Source of the DNA: Clostridiales bacterium
GTDB lineage: Bacteria > Bacillota > Clostridia > Christensenellales > CAG-138
Direction: 5' to 3'
Assembly (NCBI GenBank): GCA_004554165.1
Contig: SFNQ01000007.1
Span: 1,220-65,219, forward strand
Length of the DNA stretch: 64,000 nucleotides
In this document: positions 9,606 to 19,299 of the stretch, piece by piece
How the letters are laid out: each line of letters opens with the position of its first letter
Position numbering within the stretch: position 1 is the stretch's first letter
Notes under the pieces: generated by a model
The model's input: only the letters and a program-made list of their open reading frames with translations
Database searches by the model: none
Told to the model about the DNA's origin: nothing
Made by a program: the position numbers and the translations under genes

Positions 9606-9829
9606 GTTGCGTGGTATCCCCTTTCAAAGAATGTCAGGTTTGATGTGTAACTTCATTATATATGAGAGCGCGGTGCGTTGCAATAAAAATGACGCCGGAA
9701 GATAAAAATTTTTTCTGTTCAAAAAAATTTTATTCAGATCACAATTTTTTCTGTACATTTCCCTCGGTTTACGTTATGATAGATACAACACAAGGTCGTT
9801 TGCTGCAAAAAACAGGAGTACAAAATCAT

Positions 9830-11065
9830 ATGAAACGTGTGATCGGATATCGCTGCACCATCTGCGGCAAGGAGTTTCCCTTTGAACCGGAACGGATGAC
9901 CTGCCCCCATTGCGGAGAGAAGGGAATCCTCGACATTCTCTATGATTATGATGAGATCAAGAAGACCCTGACCCGCGAGGCGCTCCGCAACAACCGGGAC
10001 AACAGCATGTGGCGCTACCGCGACCTCATGCCCGTGGACGAGCGCACGGATGTCTCCGGCTTCCTGCGGATCGGCTGGACGCCGCTGTACGAGTCCCGGC
10101 AGCTGGGGCGGGAGCTGGGGCTGAAAAGGCTCTACGTCAAGGACGACGGCCTGAACCCGACCGCCTCGCTGAAGGATCGCGCGTCGGGCGTGGCCGTGGC
10201 CAAGGCCATCGAGCTGGGCTACGATACCATCGCCTGCTCCAGCACGGGCAACGCGGCCTCCTCCTGCGCGGGCAGCGCTGCGCGCATGGGGCTTAAGGCG
10301 GTCATCTTCGTGCCGGAGCGCGCGCCGGAGGGAAAGGTGGCGCAGCTTATGATTTTCGGCGCAAAGGTCGTCTCCGTCCACGGGGACTACAAGGCGACCT
10401 TCGATCTGTCCAAGGCTGCCATCGAAAAATACGGCTGGTACAACCGCAATGCGGGCATCAACCCGGTTATGACCGAGGGGAAAAAGACCGTTTCTCTGGA
10501 AATCGCGGAGCAGTTGGGCTTTGAACCCACGGACTGGGTGGCCTGCTCCGTGGGCGACGGCTGCACCATCGGCGGCGTATACAACGGCTTCCGGGATCTT
10601 TACGAGCTGGGCCTCATCGAGCGGATTCCCAAAATCCTCGGCGTGCAGTCCACCGGCTGCTGCCCCTTTGTGGACGCCGCGCGCCAGCAGCGGCCGCTGG
10701 TCCCCACGGAGGAGAACACCATCGCGGATTCGATCGCCGTGGGTGTGCCGCGCAATCCCGTCAAGGCGCTGCGCGCCGTGCGGGACAGCGGGGGCGCGTG
10801 GATCGCCGTGTCCGACGAGCAGATTCTCGATACCATGCGCGTACTGGGCCGGACCGAGGGCGTGTTTGGAGAGCCGGCGGGCGTGACCGCCACGGCGGGC
10901 GTGCGCCAGGCGGTGGCGGACGGACTGATCCGCGCGGACGAGACAGTGACGGTCATTTCCACGGGCAGCGGCCTCAAGGATGTGAAAAACGCCCTGCGCG
11001 CTGCGGGCAAGCCCAAACTCTGCGAACCGGCGCTGGATGCGCTGGAGCGGAGCGGAATTCTCTGA
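9830..11065 (+). CDS. Threonine-synthase-family PLP enzyme with N-terminal Cys4 zinc ribbon
   Basis: 411 aa. CTICG..CPHCG ribbon, NPTASLKDRAS PLP-lysine motif and SSTGNAA are present. AGGAG lies 8 nt upstream of ATG 9830 (the track ORF starts earlier at 9662). Confidence 0.8.
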   Translation: MKRVIGYRCTICGKEFPFEPERMTCPHCGEKGILDILYDYDEIKKTLTREALRNNRDNSMWRYRDLMPVDERTDVSGFLRIGWTPLYESRQLGRELGLKRLYVKDDGLNPTASLKDRASGVAVAKAIELGYDTIACSSTGNAASSCAGSAARMGLKAVIFVPERAPEGKVAQLMIFGAKVVSVHGDYKATFDLSKAAIEKYGWYNRNAGINPVMTEGKKTVSLEIAEQLGFEPTDWVACSVGDGCTIGGVYNGFRDLYELGLIERIPKILGVQSTGCCPFVDAARQQRPLVPTEENTIADSIAVGVPRNPVKALRAVRDSGGAWIAVSDEQILDTMRVLGRTEGVFGEPAGVTATAGVRQAVADGLIRADETVTVISTGSGLKDVKNALRAAGKPKLCEPALDALERSGIL

Positions 11066-11211
11066 TACGGCGTCTGTCCTGCGGGGCGGCGGCTTCCGTC
11101 CCGCGGGGAAAAGCCACTCCTCCGGCAATGTCCGGGAGCCCGGCGCTTCGCGGGGCCTTCGCCCCGGTCCGAAAGGCCTCGGGCCGACCAGGATGTGACA
11201 ATCCATATTTC

Positions 11212-11241
11212 TTGACAAACCGGTACAGGACAGGATAAAAT
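11212..11241 (+). promoter_or_regulatory. Sigma-A-type promoter for the BMP/ABC operon
   Basis: TTGACA (11212-11217), then an 18-nt spacer, then TAAAAT (11236-11241). Confidence 0.5.
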
Positions 11242-11337
11242 ATTTCGTATATTTTCTGTTTCCATGAATTCGGTTGTGTCGCTCTTCCCCCTTCGGGAAG
11301 AACGAAATCATACAACAATAAAAATAGGAGGAAAAAA

Positions 11338-12609
11338 ATGAAAAAGATTCTCACCCTCTTGTTGGTCATCGCGATGGTCTTCTCGCTGGTGGCCTGCGCC
11401 CAGGCGCCCGCGGTGGATGCTCCTGCGGTGGACGAACCCAAAACGGAGGAACCCGTAGTGGATGAGCCCAAGACGGAGGAACCCACGACCGAGGAACCTG
11501 CCGCCCTCAAGATCGGCGTTATCCTCGTGCATGATGAGAACTCCGGCTACGACATGGCGCACATCGAGGGCGTCGAGGCTGCAAAGAAGGCCCTCGGCCT
11601 GTCGGACGATCAGATCGTTTACAAGTACAACATTCCGGAAGATGAAAAGTGCTACGACACCGCCATCGACCTTGTGGAGCAGGGCTGCAACCTGATCTTC
11701 TCCGACAGCTACGGCCATCAGGCCTTCATGATGCAGGCTGCCCGCGAGGTGCCGGACGTCACCTTCATCGCCTGCACCGGCGACACCGCTGCGCTGGAAG
11801 AGCTTGACAATGTCGGCAACGTGTTCCCCTACACCTTCCAGAGCCGCTATGTTTCCGGCGTTGTTGCCGGCATGAAGCTCAAGGAGCTCATGGATGCGGG
11901 CAGCGTTACCGATCCGTATATCGGCTATGTGGGCGCTTATCCCTATGCCGAGGTGGTTTCCGGCTACACGGCGTTCTTCCTGGGCATCCAGTCCATCGTG
12001 CCGGAAGCGCACATGGACGTGCAGTACACCAACTCCTGGTATGATCCCACCGCTGAGGCGGAAGCCGCCAACGCGCTGATCGCCCGCGGCTGCGTCATCA
12101 TCGGCCAGCACGCCGACTCCACCGGCGCTCCCTCCGCTGTGCAGGCTGCGCAGGACGGCGGCAAGGTCGTCTACAGCGTTGGCTACAACATCGACATGCT
12201 CTCCGTTGCGCCCACCGCCGCGCTGACCAGCGCCCAGAACAACTGGGGCGCGCTCTACACCCCGCTCATCGAGATGGCGCTCAAGGGCGAGAAGCTGCCC
12301 GTGGACCTCTCTCTCGGCTATGCGAACGATGCGGTCATGATTTCCCCGATCGGCAACTGCCCCGAGGGAACGCAGGAGAAGGTTGACGAAGTCATCGCAG
12401 GGCTCAAGGACGGCTCTCTGGAGGTCTTTGATTGCGCTACCTTCACCGTCAACGGCGAGCATCCCACCACCTACACCGCGCTTGATACCGACGGCGACTT
12501 CGTACCGGACACCGGCGAAGCCATCGACAACGGCATCTTCCACGAGTCCACGCTCCGCAGCGCGCCGTATTTTGCAATGCGCATCGACGGCATCACGGAA
12601 CTGAACTAA
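11338..12609 (+). CDS. BMP-family (PnrA/Med-like) nucleoside-binding lipoprotein of an ABC importer
   Basis: Lipoprotein signal ..SLVAC, a Pro/Glu-rich linker, then a BMP-family domain. Followed by cognate ATPase and permeases. Confidence 0.9.
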   Translation: MKKILTLLLVIAMVFSLVACAQAPAVDAPAVDEPKTEEPVVDEPKTEEPTTEEPAALKIGVILVHDENSGYDMAHIEGVEAAKKALGLSDDQIVYKYNIPEDEKCYDTAIDLVEQGCNLIFSDSYGHQAFMMQAAREVPDVTFIACTGDTAALEELDNVGNVFPYTFQSRYVSGVVAGMKLKELMDAGSVTDPYIGYVGAYPYAEVVSGYTAFFLGIQSIVPEAHMDVQYTNSWYDPTAEAEAANALIARGCVIIGQHADSTGAPSAVQAAQDGGKVVYSVGYNIDMLSVAPTAALTSAQNNWGALYTPLIEMALKGEKLPVDLSLGYANDAVMISPIGNCPEGTQEKVDEVIAGLKDGSLEVFDCATFTVNGEHPTTYTALDTDGDFVPDTGEAIDNGIFHESTLRSAPYFAMRIDGITELN

Positions 12610-12626
12610 CCGGCAGAATAGGAACA

Positions 12627-12653
12627 GGGGAACGGTTTGCCCGTTCCCCTTTT
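12627..12653 (+). terminator. Intra-operon intrinsic terminator/attenuator after the binding-protein gene
   Basis: GGGGAACGG-loop-CCGTTCCCC followed by TTTT. Confidence 0.6.
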
Positions 12654-12800
12654 CACGGGGCGTCCCAGCGGACGCAGGGATGGGGTTTTTGTTTGCGGCA
12701 GCAGCGCTGCGCTGAAATCAAACTGTTCTTTTAACCTGATCTATACCAGCCATTGTTTATCGGCTATTGTTTATAATCTTAGGCAGAAAGGGTCAATCTC

Positions 12801-14348
12801 GTGGAAGCAATGAAAGCAATCCAAATGATTGATATCGTAAAGACCTTCGGACCGGTCACGGCAAACGATAAGGTCTCTTTGGATATCATGCAGGGCGAGA
12901 TTCTCTCGCTTCTTGGGGAAAACGGCAGCGGCAAGACGACGCTCATGAACATGCTGGCAGGCATTTATTTTCCCGACAGCGGCAGGATTCTCATCAACGG
13001 AAAGGAAGTCACCATTCGTTCCCCCAAGGATGCGTTTGACCTGCATATCGGCATGATCCATCAGCATTTCAAGCTCGTGGACGTACTCACCGCCGCCGAG
13101 AACATTATTCTCGGGCTGAACGAGCACGCGCTTGTGGATCTCAAGGGGGTTCGGGCTGCGGTCAGAGAGATCTGCGACCGCTATGGCTTTGTGGTTGATC
13201 CCGATAAAAAGGTTTACGATATGTCCGTCTCGGAAAAGCAGACCCTTGAGATTGTCAAGGTACTCTACCGCGGCGCGGATATTCTGATATTGGACGAGCC
13301 TACGGCGGTTCTGACGCCGCAGGAGACGGCGAAACTCTTTGCCGTCATGCGCAACATGCGGGCGGACGGCAAGTCCATCGTCATCATCACACACAAGCTC
13401 CATGAGGTGATGGAAATCTCCGACCGTGTGGCGGTGCTGCGCAAGGGCAAATACATCGGCGATCTCATGACAAGGGATACCAACCCACAGCAACTCACCG
13501 ACATGATGGTGGGCCGTGCAGTGGCGCTCAATATTGACAGGCCGGATCCGGTCAATCTGTCGGAGCGGCTTGTGGTGAAGAATCTGACCGTTGTGGACGG
13601 GGATGGCGTCAAGCGTCTGGATGGCGTGAACTTTACCGCCTATGGCGGGGAACTGCTGGGCATCGCGGGGATCTCCGGCAGCGGCCAGAAGGAACTGCTG
13701 GAGGCCATCGCCGGTCTGCAGCCCATCGAAGCGGGTTCCAGCATCCGCTATCTCCCGCCGGAAGACAAGGAGGCGGAGGAGCTGGTCGGAAAAACGCCGC
13801 AGGATATCAAGCGGCTTGGCGTCCGGCTGGCCTTTGTGCCGGAGGACCGCCTTGGCATGGGCCTTGTGGGCAGCATGGACCTGTCGGACAATATGATGCT
13901 GCGTTCCTACAAGTCCGGAAAGCTCCCCTTTGCCGACAGGAAGCACCCGCGCCAGCTGGCGGCGAAGGTGGTGGAGGAGCTGGAGGTTGTCACGCCCGGC
14001 CTGTCCACCCCGGTCAGAAGGCTTTCGGGCGGCAATGTGCAGAAGGTGCTGGTGGGCCGCGAAATCGCCGGCGCGCCGTCGCTTCTGATGACGGCCTACG
14101 CCGTGCGCGGCCTGGACATCAACACATCCTATACCATCTACCGCCTGCTCAATGAGCAGAAGCAGGCGGGCGCTGCGGTCATCTACGTTGGCGAGGATCT
14201 GGACGTGCTGCTCGAGCTGTGCGACCGCATTCTGGTGCTCTGCGCAGGCAGGGTCAGCGGTATCGTGGAGGGGCGCAAGACCACCAAGGAGGAGGTGGGT
14301 CTGCTGATGACCCATCTGGGACAGGAGGCAAACGCAAATGAAGCATGA
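12801..14348 (+). CDS. ABC transporter ATP-binding protein, duplicated ATPase (nucleoside/sugar type)
   Basis: Two Walker A / signature sets (GENGSGKTT, LSGGNVQK). The start is ambiguous (GTG 12801 or ATG 12810). Confidence 0.9.
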   Translation: MEAMKAIQMIDIVKTFGPVTANDKVSLDIMQGEILSLLGENGSGKTTLMNMLAGIYFPDSGRILINGKEVTIRSPKDAFDLHIGMIHQHFKLVDVLTAAENIILGLNEHALVDLKGVRAAVREICDRYGFVVDPDKKVYDMSVSEKQTLEIVKVLYRGADILILDEPTAVLTPQETAKLFAVMRNMRADGKSIVIITHKLHEVMEISDRVAVLRKGKYIGDLMTRDTNPQQLTDMMVGRAVALNIDRPDPVNLSERLVVKNLTVVDGDGVKRLDGVNFTAYGGELLGIAGISGSGQKELLEAIAGLQPIEAGSSIRYLPPEDKEAEELVGKTPQDIKRLGVRLAFVPEDRLGMGLVGSMDLSDNMMLRSYKSGKLPFADRKHPRQLAAKVVEELEVVTPGLSTPVRRLSGGNVQKVLVGREIAGAPSLLMTAYAVRGLDINTSYTIYRLLNEQKQAGAAVIYVGEDLDVLLELCDRILVLCAGRVSGIVEGRKTTKEEVGLLMTHLGQEANANEA

Positions 14349-15450
14349 GGGAAGGGAACCCTTGATCCGTATCAGCAAACGCAACCGCGATGCGATGCCC
14401 CTGTGGCAATCCGTTCTGGTACGCATCATTGCAATTCTGATTTCGCTGTTGATCTGCGGAATTATCATTTACGCCATTGTCAAGCTGAACCCGGTCGAGG
14501 TTTACAAGGCCATGTTCGAGGGCGCGTTCAGCACCAGCAAGCGCCTGTGGGTGTTCATCCGCGATATGATGATGATGCTCTGCATCGGCGTCGGACTTGC
14601 GCCGGCGTTCAAGATGCGCTTCTGGAACCTTGGCGCGGAGGGACAGATTCTGATTGGCGGCATCGCAACCGCAGCCTGCATGATCTATCTTGGCAAGGGG
14701 CAGGTGGCTCCCGCGCTGCTGATGATCATCATGTTCCTCGCAGCAGCCCTTTCGGGCGGCGTTTGGGGCGCGATTCCCGCCATATTCAAGGCCAGATGGA
14801 ACACCAACGAGGTGCTCTTCACGTTGATGATGAACTATATCGCAATTCAGCTGACCAGCTTCTTTGTTTCCAAATGGGAGAATCCCTTTGGCAGCAACGT
14901 GGTGGGCATCATCAACCCGCGAACCCGGATCGGCTGGTTTCCCGAGGTGCTGGGCCAGCAGTACCTGCTGAATCTCATCATTGTTCTGGTGCTGGCGATC
15001 GTGATGTTCCTGTACCTCAAGTACAGCAAGCAGGGCTTTGAAATCGCCGTTGTGGGCGAGAGCGAGAACACCGCGCGTTACGCGGCCATCAACGTACGCA
15101 GGGTGATCGTCCGCTCCATGGCCATTTCCGGCGCGGTCTGCGGCATTGCCGGCTTTATCGCCGTGTCGGGCGCGGGCCATACGATTTCCACCAGCACGGC
15201 CGGCGGCCGGGGCTTTACGGCGGTTATCGTCGCCTGGCTTGCCAAGTTCAATACCTTCGTAATGATTCTCATTTCGGCGCTGATCGTGTTCCTTGAAAAG
15301 GGCGCCATTGAGATCGCATCGCGGTACAATCTGTCCGACTATGTGTCGAGCATGATTACGGGCATCATCCTGTTCTTCATTCTCGGCAGCGAATTCTTTG
15401 TCAATTATAAGGTAAGGTTCCGTGGAGGGAAAAAGGAGGAGCTGAAATGA
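14338..15450 (+). CDS. ABC transporter permease (BMP-associated)
   Basis: 370-aa polytopic membrane protein that overlaps the ATPase stop. Confidence 0.9.
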   Translation: MKHEGREPLIRISKRNRDAMPLWQSVLVRIIAILISLLICGIIIYAIVKLNPVEVYKAMFEGAFSTSKRLWVFIRDMMMMLCIGVGLAPAFKMRFWNLGAEGQILIGGIATAACMIYLGKGQVAPALLMIIMFLAAALSGGVWGAIPAIFKARWNTNEVLFTLMMNYIAIQLTSFFVSKWENPFGSNVVGIINPRTRIGWFPEVLGQQYLLNLIIVLVLAIVMFLYLKYSKQGFEIAVVGESENTARYAAINVRRVIVRSMAISGAVCGIAGFIAVSGAGHTISTSTAGGRGFTAVIVAWLAKFNTFVMILISALIVFLEKGAIEIASRYNLSDYVSSMITGIILFFILGSEFFVNYKVRFRGGKKEELK

Positions 15451-16430
15451 CACAGATTGTATCTCTCTTTCAGGCTGCCATAGTTTTCGGAACGGTCATC
15501 CTCTTTGGCGCAATCGGCGAAATCCTCGCCGAAAAGGCGGGAAATCTGAACCTGGGCGTTCCCGGCATCATGTATCTGGGCGGCATTGCGGGTCTGATCG
15601 GCGTATTTTACTATGAGATGAACGCGGCGCAGCCAAGCCCGGTGCTCTGTCTCATCATCGCCCTTGTCTGCTCCGTTGCGGCGGCCATGCTGGGCGGCCT
15701 GATCTTCTCCTTCCTGACGATCTCGCTGCGGGCCAATCAGAACGTAACCGGTCTTGCGCTGACCATCTTTGCGGGCGGCTTTGCAAACTTCTTTGGCGGC
15801 TCGCTCAACAAGCTGGCCGGCGGCGTCGGCCAGATTTCCGTCGCCATCACCAGCGCCGCATTCCGGAGCGACATCCAGTTCACCAATTCCTGGGGCTATA
15901 TTGACGACCTGTTCTTTGACTATGGCTTCCTCGTGTATGTCGCCATTTTGATGGCCATTCTGCTCAACTGGTTCCTGAATCGGACGAGCATCGGCCTGAA
16001 CCTGCGCGCCGTTGGCGAAAACCCTGCCACGGCGGATGCGGCGGGCATCAACGTGACAAAGTACCAGTACCTTGCAACCTGCCTTGGCGCGGGCATTTCC
16101 GGCCTTGGCGGACTCTACTACGTCATGGATTACATGAAGGGTACCTGGGACAGCGCAGGCGCCATCGAGGGACTTGGCTGGCTGGCTGTGGCGCTGGTTA
16201 TCTTTGCTTCGTGGAAGCCGATTCGCGCGATTTGGGGCGCGTATCTCTTCGGCCTGCTTTCCTGGGCCTATTTCTACATCCCCGGCCTGACGCGCAGCTC
16301 GCAGGAAATCTTCAAGATGCTGCCGTATGTGGTGACGATCATGGTGCTGCTGGTGGTCTCGTTCCGCCGCAGCCGCGACAACCAGCCTCCGGCGCATCTG
16401 GGCCTGCCCTACTTCCGCGAGGATCGCTGA
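15447..16430 (+). CDS. ABC transporter permease (BMP-associated, second subunit)
   Basis: 327-aa polytopic membrane protein with a 4-nt overlap on the previous gene. Confidence 0.9.
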   Translation: MTQIVSLFQAAIVFGTVILFGAIGEILAEKAGNLNLGVPGIMYLGGIAGLIGVFYYEMNAAQPSPVLCLIIALVCSVAAAMLGGLIFSFLTISLRANQNVTGLALTIFAGGFANFFGGSLNKLAGGVGQISVAITSAAFRSDIQFTNSWGYIDDLFFDYGFLVYVAILMAILLNWFLNRTSIGLNLRAVGENPATADAAGINVTKYQYLATCLGAGISGLGGLYYVMDYMKGTWDSAGAIEGLGWLAVALVIFASWKPIRAIWGAYLFGLLSWAYFYIPGLTRSSQEIFKMLPYVVTIMVLLVVSFRRSRDNQPPAHLGLPYFREDR

Positions 16431-16559
16431 AAAGGGAACGGAACGAAAAAAACAGCGTATTATGGCCGCTCCAACCGGGGCGGCCGCTGTTATTGCTAAA
16501 AAATCATAAGACAACAAAAATATATTTTGGATATTTGCTGGTTTTCCCCTGTGATACGG

Positions 16560-16588
16560 TTGAATTGTGGAAGGAACAGGGATATAAT
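16560..16588 (+). promoter_or_regulatory. Sigma-A-type promoter for serC-serA
   Basis: TTGAAT, 17-nt spacer, TATAAT. Located about 50 nt upstream of the serC ATG. Confidence 0.6.
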
Positions 16589-16641
16589 GGAGACAAGTTC
16601 TCGCGGCAGTCCGCCGCAAATAAAACAAGGAGCGATACGAA

Positions 16642-17733
16642 ATGGAATACGGCCGGATTTTTAATTTTTCCGCAGGCCCTGCGACCATGCCTGTGGAAGT
16701 GCTGGAAGAAGTTGCAGCAGAGGTACTCAACTATCGTGGCAGCGGCATGGGCGTCATGGAGATGTCCCACCGTTCCAAGGTCTTTCAGACGATCATTGAT
16801 GAAGCGGAAGCGGATCTCCGGGAGCTGATGGGGATTCCGGAGAACTACAAGGTGCTGTTCATTCAGGGCGGCGCCACGCTACAGTTCGCCATGATCCCGA
16901 TGAATCTGATGAAAAACGGCGTTGCGGACTATATCGTGACCGGCGCCTGGTCCAAAAAGGCCTACAGCGAGGCCAAAAAATACGGCAGGGTGAACCTGCT
17001 TGCCACCAGCGAGGACCGCAATTACAGCTATATTCCCGATTGCTCCGATCTGCCCGTAGATCCGGAGGCGGATTATGTGTACATCTGCGAGAACGAGACG
17101 ATTCACGGAACCACCTATCAGACGCTTCCCAACACCAAGGGCAAGGTGCTGGTGTCCGATCAGTCCAGCATGTTCCTCTCTCGTCCCTGCAATGTATCCG
17201 ACTATGGCATGATCTATGCCGGCGTGCAGAAAAACGTCGGTCCGGCGGGCATGGTGGTGGTCATCATCCGTGAGGATCTCATCCGCACGGATCTCGATGA
17301 AAAGATTCCCACCTACCTGCGCTACTCGATTCATGCAGACAACGGCTCCATGTACAATACGCCGAACTGCTGGGCCATCTATGTCTGCGGCAAGGTCTTC
17401 AAATACCTCAAAAAGATTGGCGGGCTTTCCGAGATGGCGCGCCGCAACGAGGAAAAGGCCAAAATACTCTATGATTTCCTGGACGAGAGCAAACTGTTCC
17501 ACGGTACGGTGGATAAAGAGGTCCGCTCGCTGATGAACATTCCCTTTGTGACCGGCGATAAGGAGAAGGACGCGGCCGTGGTTGCGGCGACCAAGGCGGC
17601 GGGCTTTGAAAACCTCAAGGGGCACAAGAGCGTCGGCGGCCTGCGCGCCTCCACCTATAACGCCATGCCCAGGGAGGGCGTGGAAGCGCTTGTGAACTTC
17701 CTGCGCCAGTATGAAGCAGAGCATCAGGCATAA
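16642..17733 (+). CDS. serC: Phosphoserine aminotransferase
   Basis: 363 aa, FNFSAGPATMP..MEMSHRS..FIQGGATLQF is typical of SerC. Confidence 0.95.
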   Translation: MEYGRIFNFSAGPATMPVEVLEEVAAEVLNYRGSGMGVMEMSHRSKVFQTIIDEAEADLRELMGIPENYKVLFIQGGATLQFAMIPMNLMKNGVADYIVTGAWSKKAYSEAKKYGRVNLLATSEDRNYSYIPDCSDLPVDPEADYVYICENETIHGTTYQTLPNTKGKVLVSDQSSMFLSRPCNVSDYGMIYAGVQKNVGPAGMVVVIIREDLIRTDLDEKIPTYLRYSIHADNGSMYNTPNCWAIYVCGKVFKYLKKIGGLSEMARRNEEKAKILYDFLDESKLFHGTVDKEVRSLMNIPFVTGDKEKDAAVVAATKAAGFENLKGHKSVGGLRASTYNAMPREGVEALVNFLRQYEAEHQA

Positions 17734-17753
17734 GCAAGAAAGGAGAACAGAGC

Positions 17754-18668
17754 ATGATTAAGATTCTGGCATCCGACGGAATGGAAAAGGGCGCGATCGC
17801 CGCGCTGGAAGCCAAGGGCTGCGAGGTAACCTGCGAGTTTTTTGAGCCGGAGGCGCTCAAGGCTGCGGTCAAGGAGTACGACGTGCTGGTGGTGCGCAGC
17901 GCAACAAAGGTGCGTGAGCCGCACATCGATGCGGCGCTTGAAACCGGAAAGCTCCAGCTCATCATCCGCGGCGGCGTGGGCGTGGACAATATCGACGTCA
18001 AGTATGCCGAGGAGAAGGGCATTGCCGTGCGCAATACGCCCAAGGCAAGTTCCGACGCCGTGGCAGAGCTGGCGCTGGCGCACATGTTCTCCGTGGCGCG
18101 CTTTGTCTCCCTTGCAGGGCATACCATGCGCGAGGGCAAGTGGGAGAAGAAGGCGTACAAGGGCATTGAGCTGACCGGCCGCACGGTGGGTATCGTAGGC
18201 TATGGCCGTATCGGTCAGGCGCTGGGCCGCCGCTGCCAGGCGCTGGGCATGAAGGTCCTCGCTTATGATATCTATCAGAATAAGGAACTCGAGTGCGATA
18301 CCATGCGCTATGTTGAGATGGATGAGCTGCTTGCAAATTCTGACATCATCTCGCTGCACGTTCCGTCCCTGCCGGGCCAGCCGCTGGTCAATGCGGAAAC
18401 CATCGCGAAGATGAAGGACGGCGTGATCCTCATCAACACCTCCCGCGGCACCAACGTGGACGAGGCGGCGCTCATCGCGGCCCTGGATTCCGGCAAGGTC
18501 TACGGCGCGGGGCTTGATGTATTCGCGGAGGAACCCGCAAAGAACGAGGCGCTCTACGCCCATCCGCGGGTATCCTGCACACCGCATATCGGCGCGTCCA
18601 CCGTGGAGGCACAAAAGCGGATTGGCGCTGAGATCGTCAGCATCATTTCGGAAAAGTTCGGCCTGTAA
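17754..18668 (+). CDS. serA: D-3-phosphoglycerate dehydrogenase (short form, 2-hydroxyacid dehydrogenase family)
   Basis: 304 aa with GIVGYGRIG NAD motif. Adjacent to serC. Confidence 0.85.
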   Translation: MIKILASDGMEKGAIAALEAKGCEVTCEFFEPEALKAAVKEYDVLVVRSATKVREPHIDAALETGKLQLIIRGGVGVDNIDVKYAEEKGIAVRNTPKASSDAVAELALAHMFSVARFVSLAGHTMREGKWEKKAYKGIELTGRTVGIVGYGRIGQALGRRCQALGMKVLAYDIYQNKELECDTMRYVEMDELLANSDIISLHVPSLPGQPLVNAETIAKMKDGVILINTSRGTNVDEAALIAALDSGKVYGAGLDVFAEEPAKNEALYAHPRVSCTPHIGASTVEAQKRIGAEIVSIISEKFGL

Positions 18669-19009
18669 TCCGGGAGACGACACAATACCACACGCAACCG
18701 GGACGGAGGCTCGCCCTCCGTCCCGCTGTGTGCCGAAAGCGGGGCCTGAGGCCGCGCTTTTCCTTTTTGGCCTTGCCTTCGCGGCCTGTAGGGCGGTCCT
18801 GCGGGGAAGAGCGCCGCAAGGCAGTAAGTTCCCATGGCGTCGTCCGTTTCCGGGCGTGAGCCCCTGCTGCCGGAACGGGGGCCTCCACGGCCGCCTCAGG
18901 CTCCGGCAGACTCCGCGCCGACTGCGCATCGTTCGCCCCAGTCCCGGTTTTTGCATGCCGGAGGAAAGGGGCGGGTCTGCGGGCCGGAAAATCGGAATTG
19001 TCACAGAAA

Positions 19010-19025
19010 CCACAATATGTTGTGT
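19010..19025. promoter_or_regulatory. NrdR box 1
   Basis: CCACAATATGTTGTGT fits the 16-bp NrdR palindrome (acaCwAtATaTwGtgt). Confidence 0.6.
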
Positions 19026-19040
19026 CTTGCAATAGAACGC

Positions 19041-19056
19041 TTACTATCTATTGTGG
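19041..19056. promoter_or_regulatory. NrdR box 2
   Basis: TTACTATCTATTGTGG. Its centre is 31 bp from box 1, the usual tandem spacing. Confidence 0.5.
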
Positions 19057-19270
19057 AAAATTACGAAAAATTATGAAATCTTTATAAACAAAACTCATAA
19101 GAATTCATTTCATGCAGCGCTGCCATGCAATTCGAAAAAATATCTGTAATTGCGAAAAGAACAGAAAAGGCCGCATTGCCGAGCTTTTTATGAAAAGGTT
19201 GCTGCTTGTCCACAGATTATCCACTGCATATCCACAGCGAATATCAAAATATGGTATGCATAAGCAGGCA

Positions 19271-19299
19271 TTGACACAACATCTTGTATCCTGTAAACT
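19271..19299 (+). promoter_or_regulatory. Candidate nrdD promoter overlapped by a weaker NrdR-like box
   Basis: TTGACA, 17-nt spacer, TAAACT. ACACAACATCTTGTAT (19274-19289) is a partial palindrome. Confidence 0.4.

Noticed and set aside
11248-11337. Purine or xanthine riboswitch upstream of the BMP nucleoside-binding protein gene
   Set aside because: A closing helix exists, but the junction sequences do not match the purine riboswitch core as I remember it (no UAUAAU..UUUCUACC..CCGUAAAU-like elements). I cannot verify other classes without a covariance-model search.
16431-16641. T-box or other riboswitch upstream of serC
   Set aside because: The promoter sits only about 50 nt from the start codon. 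No T-box sequence and no long structured leader are present.
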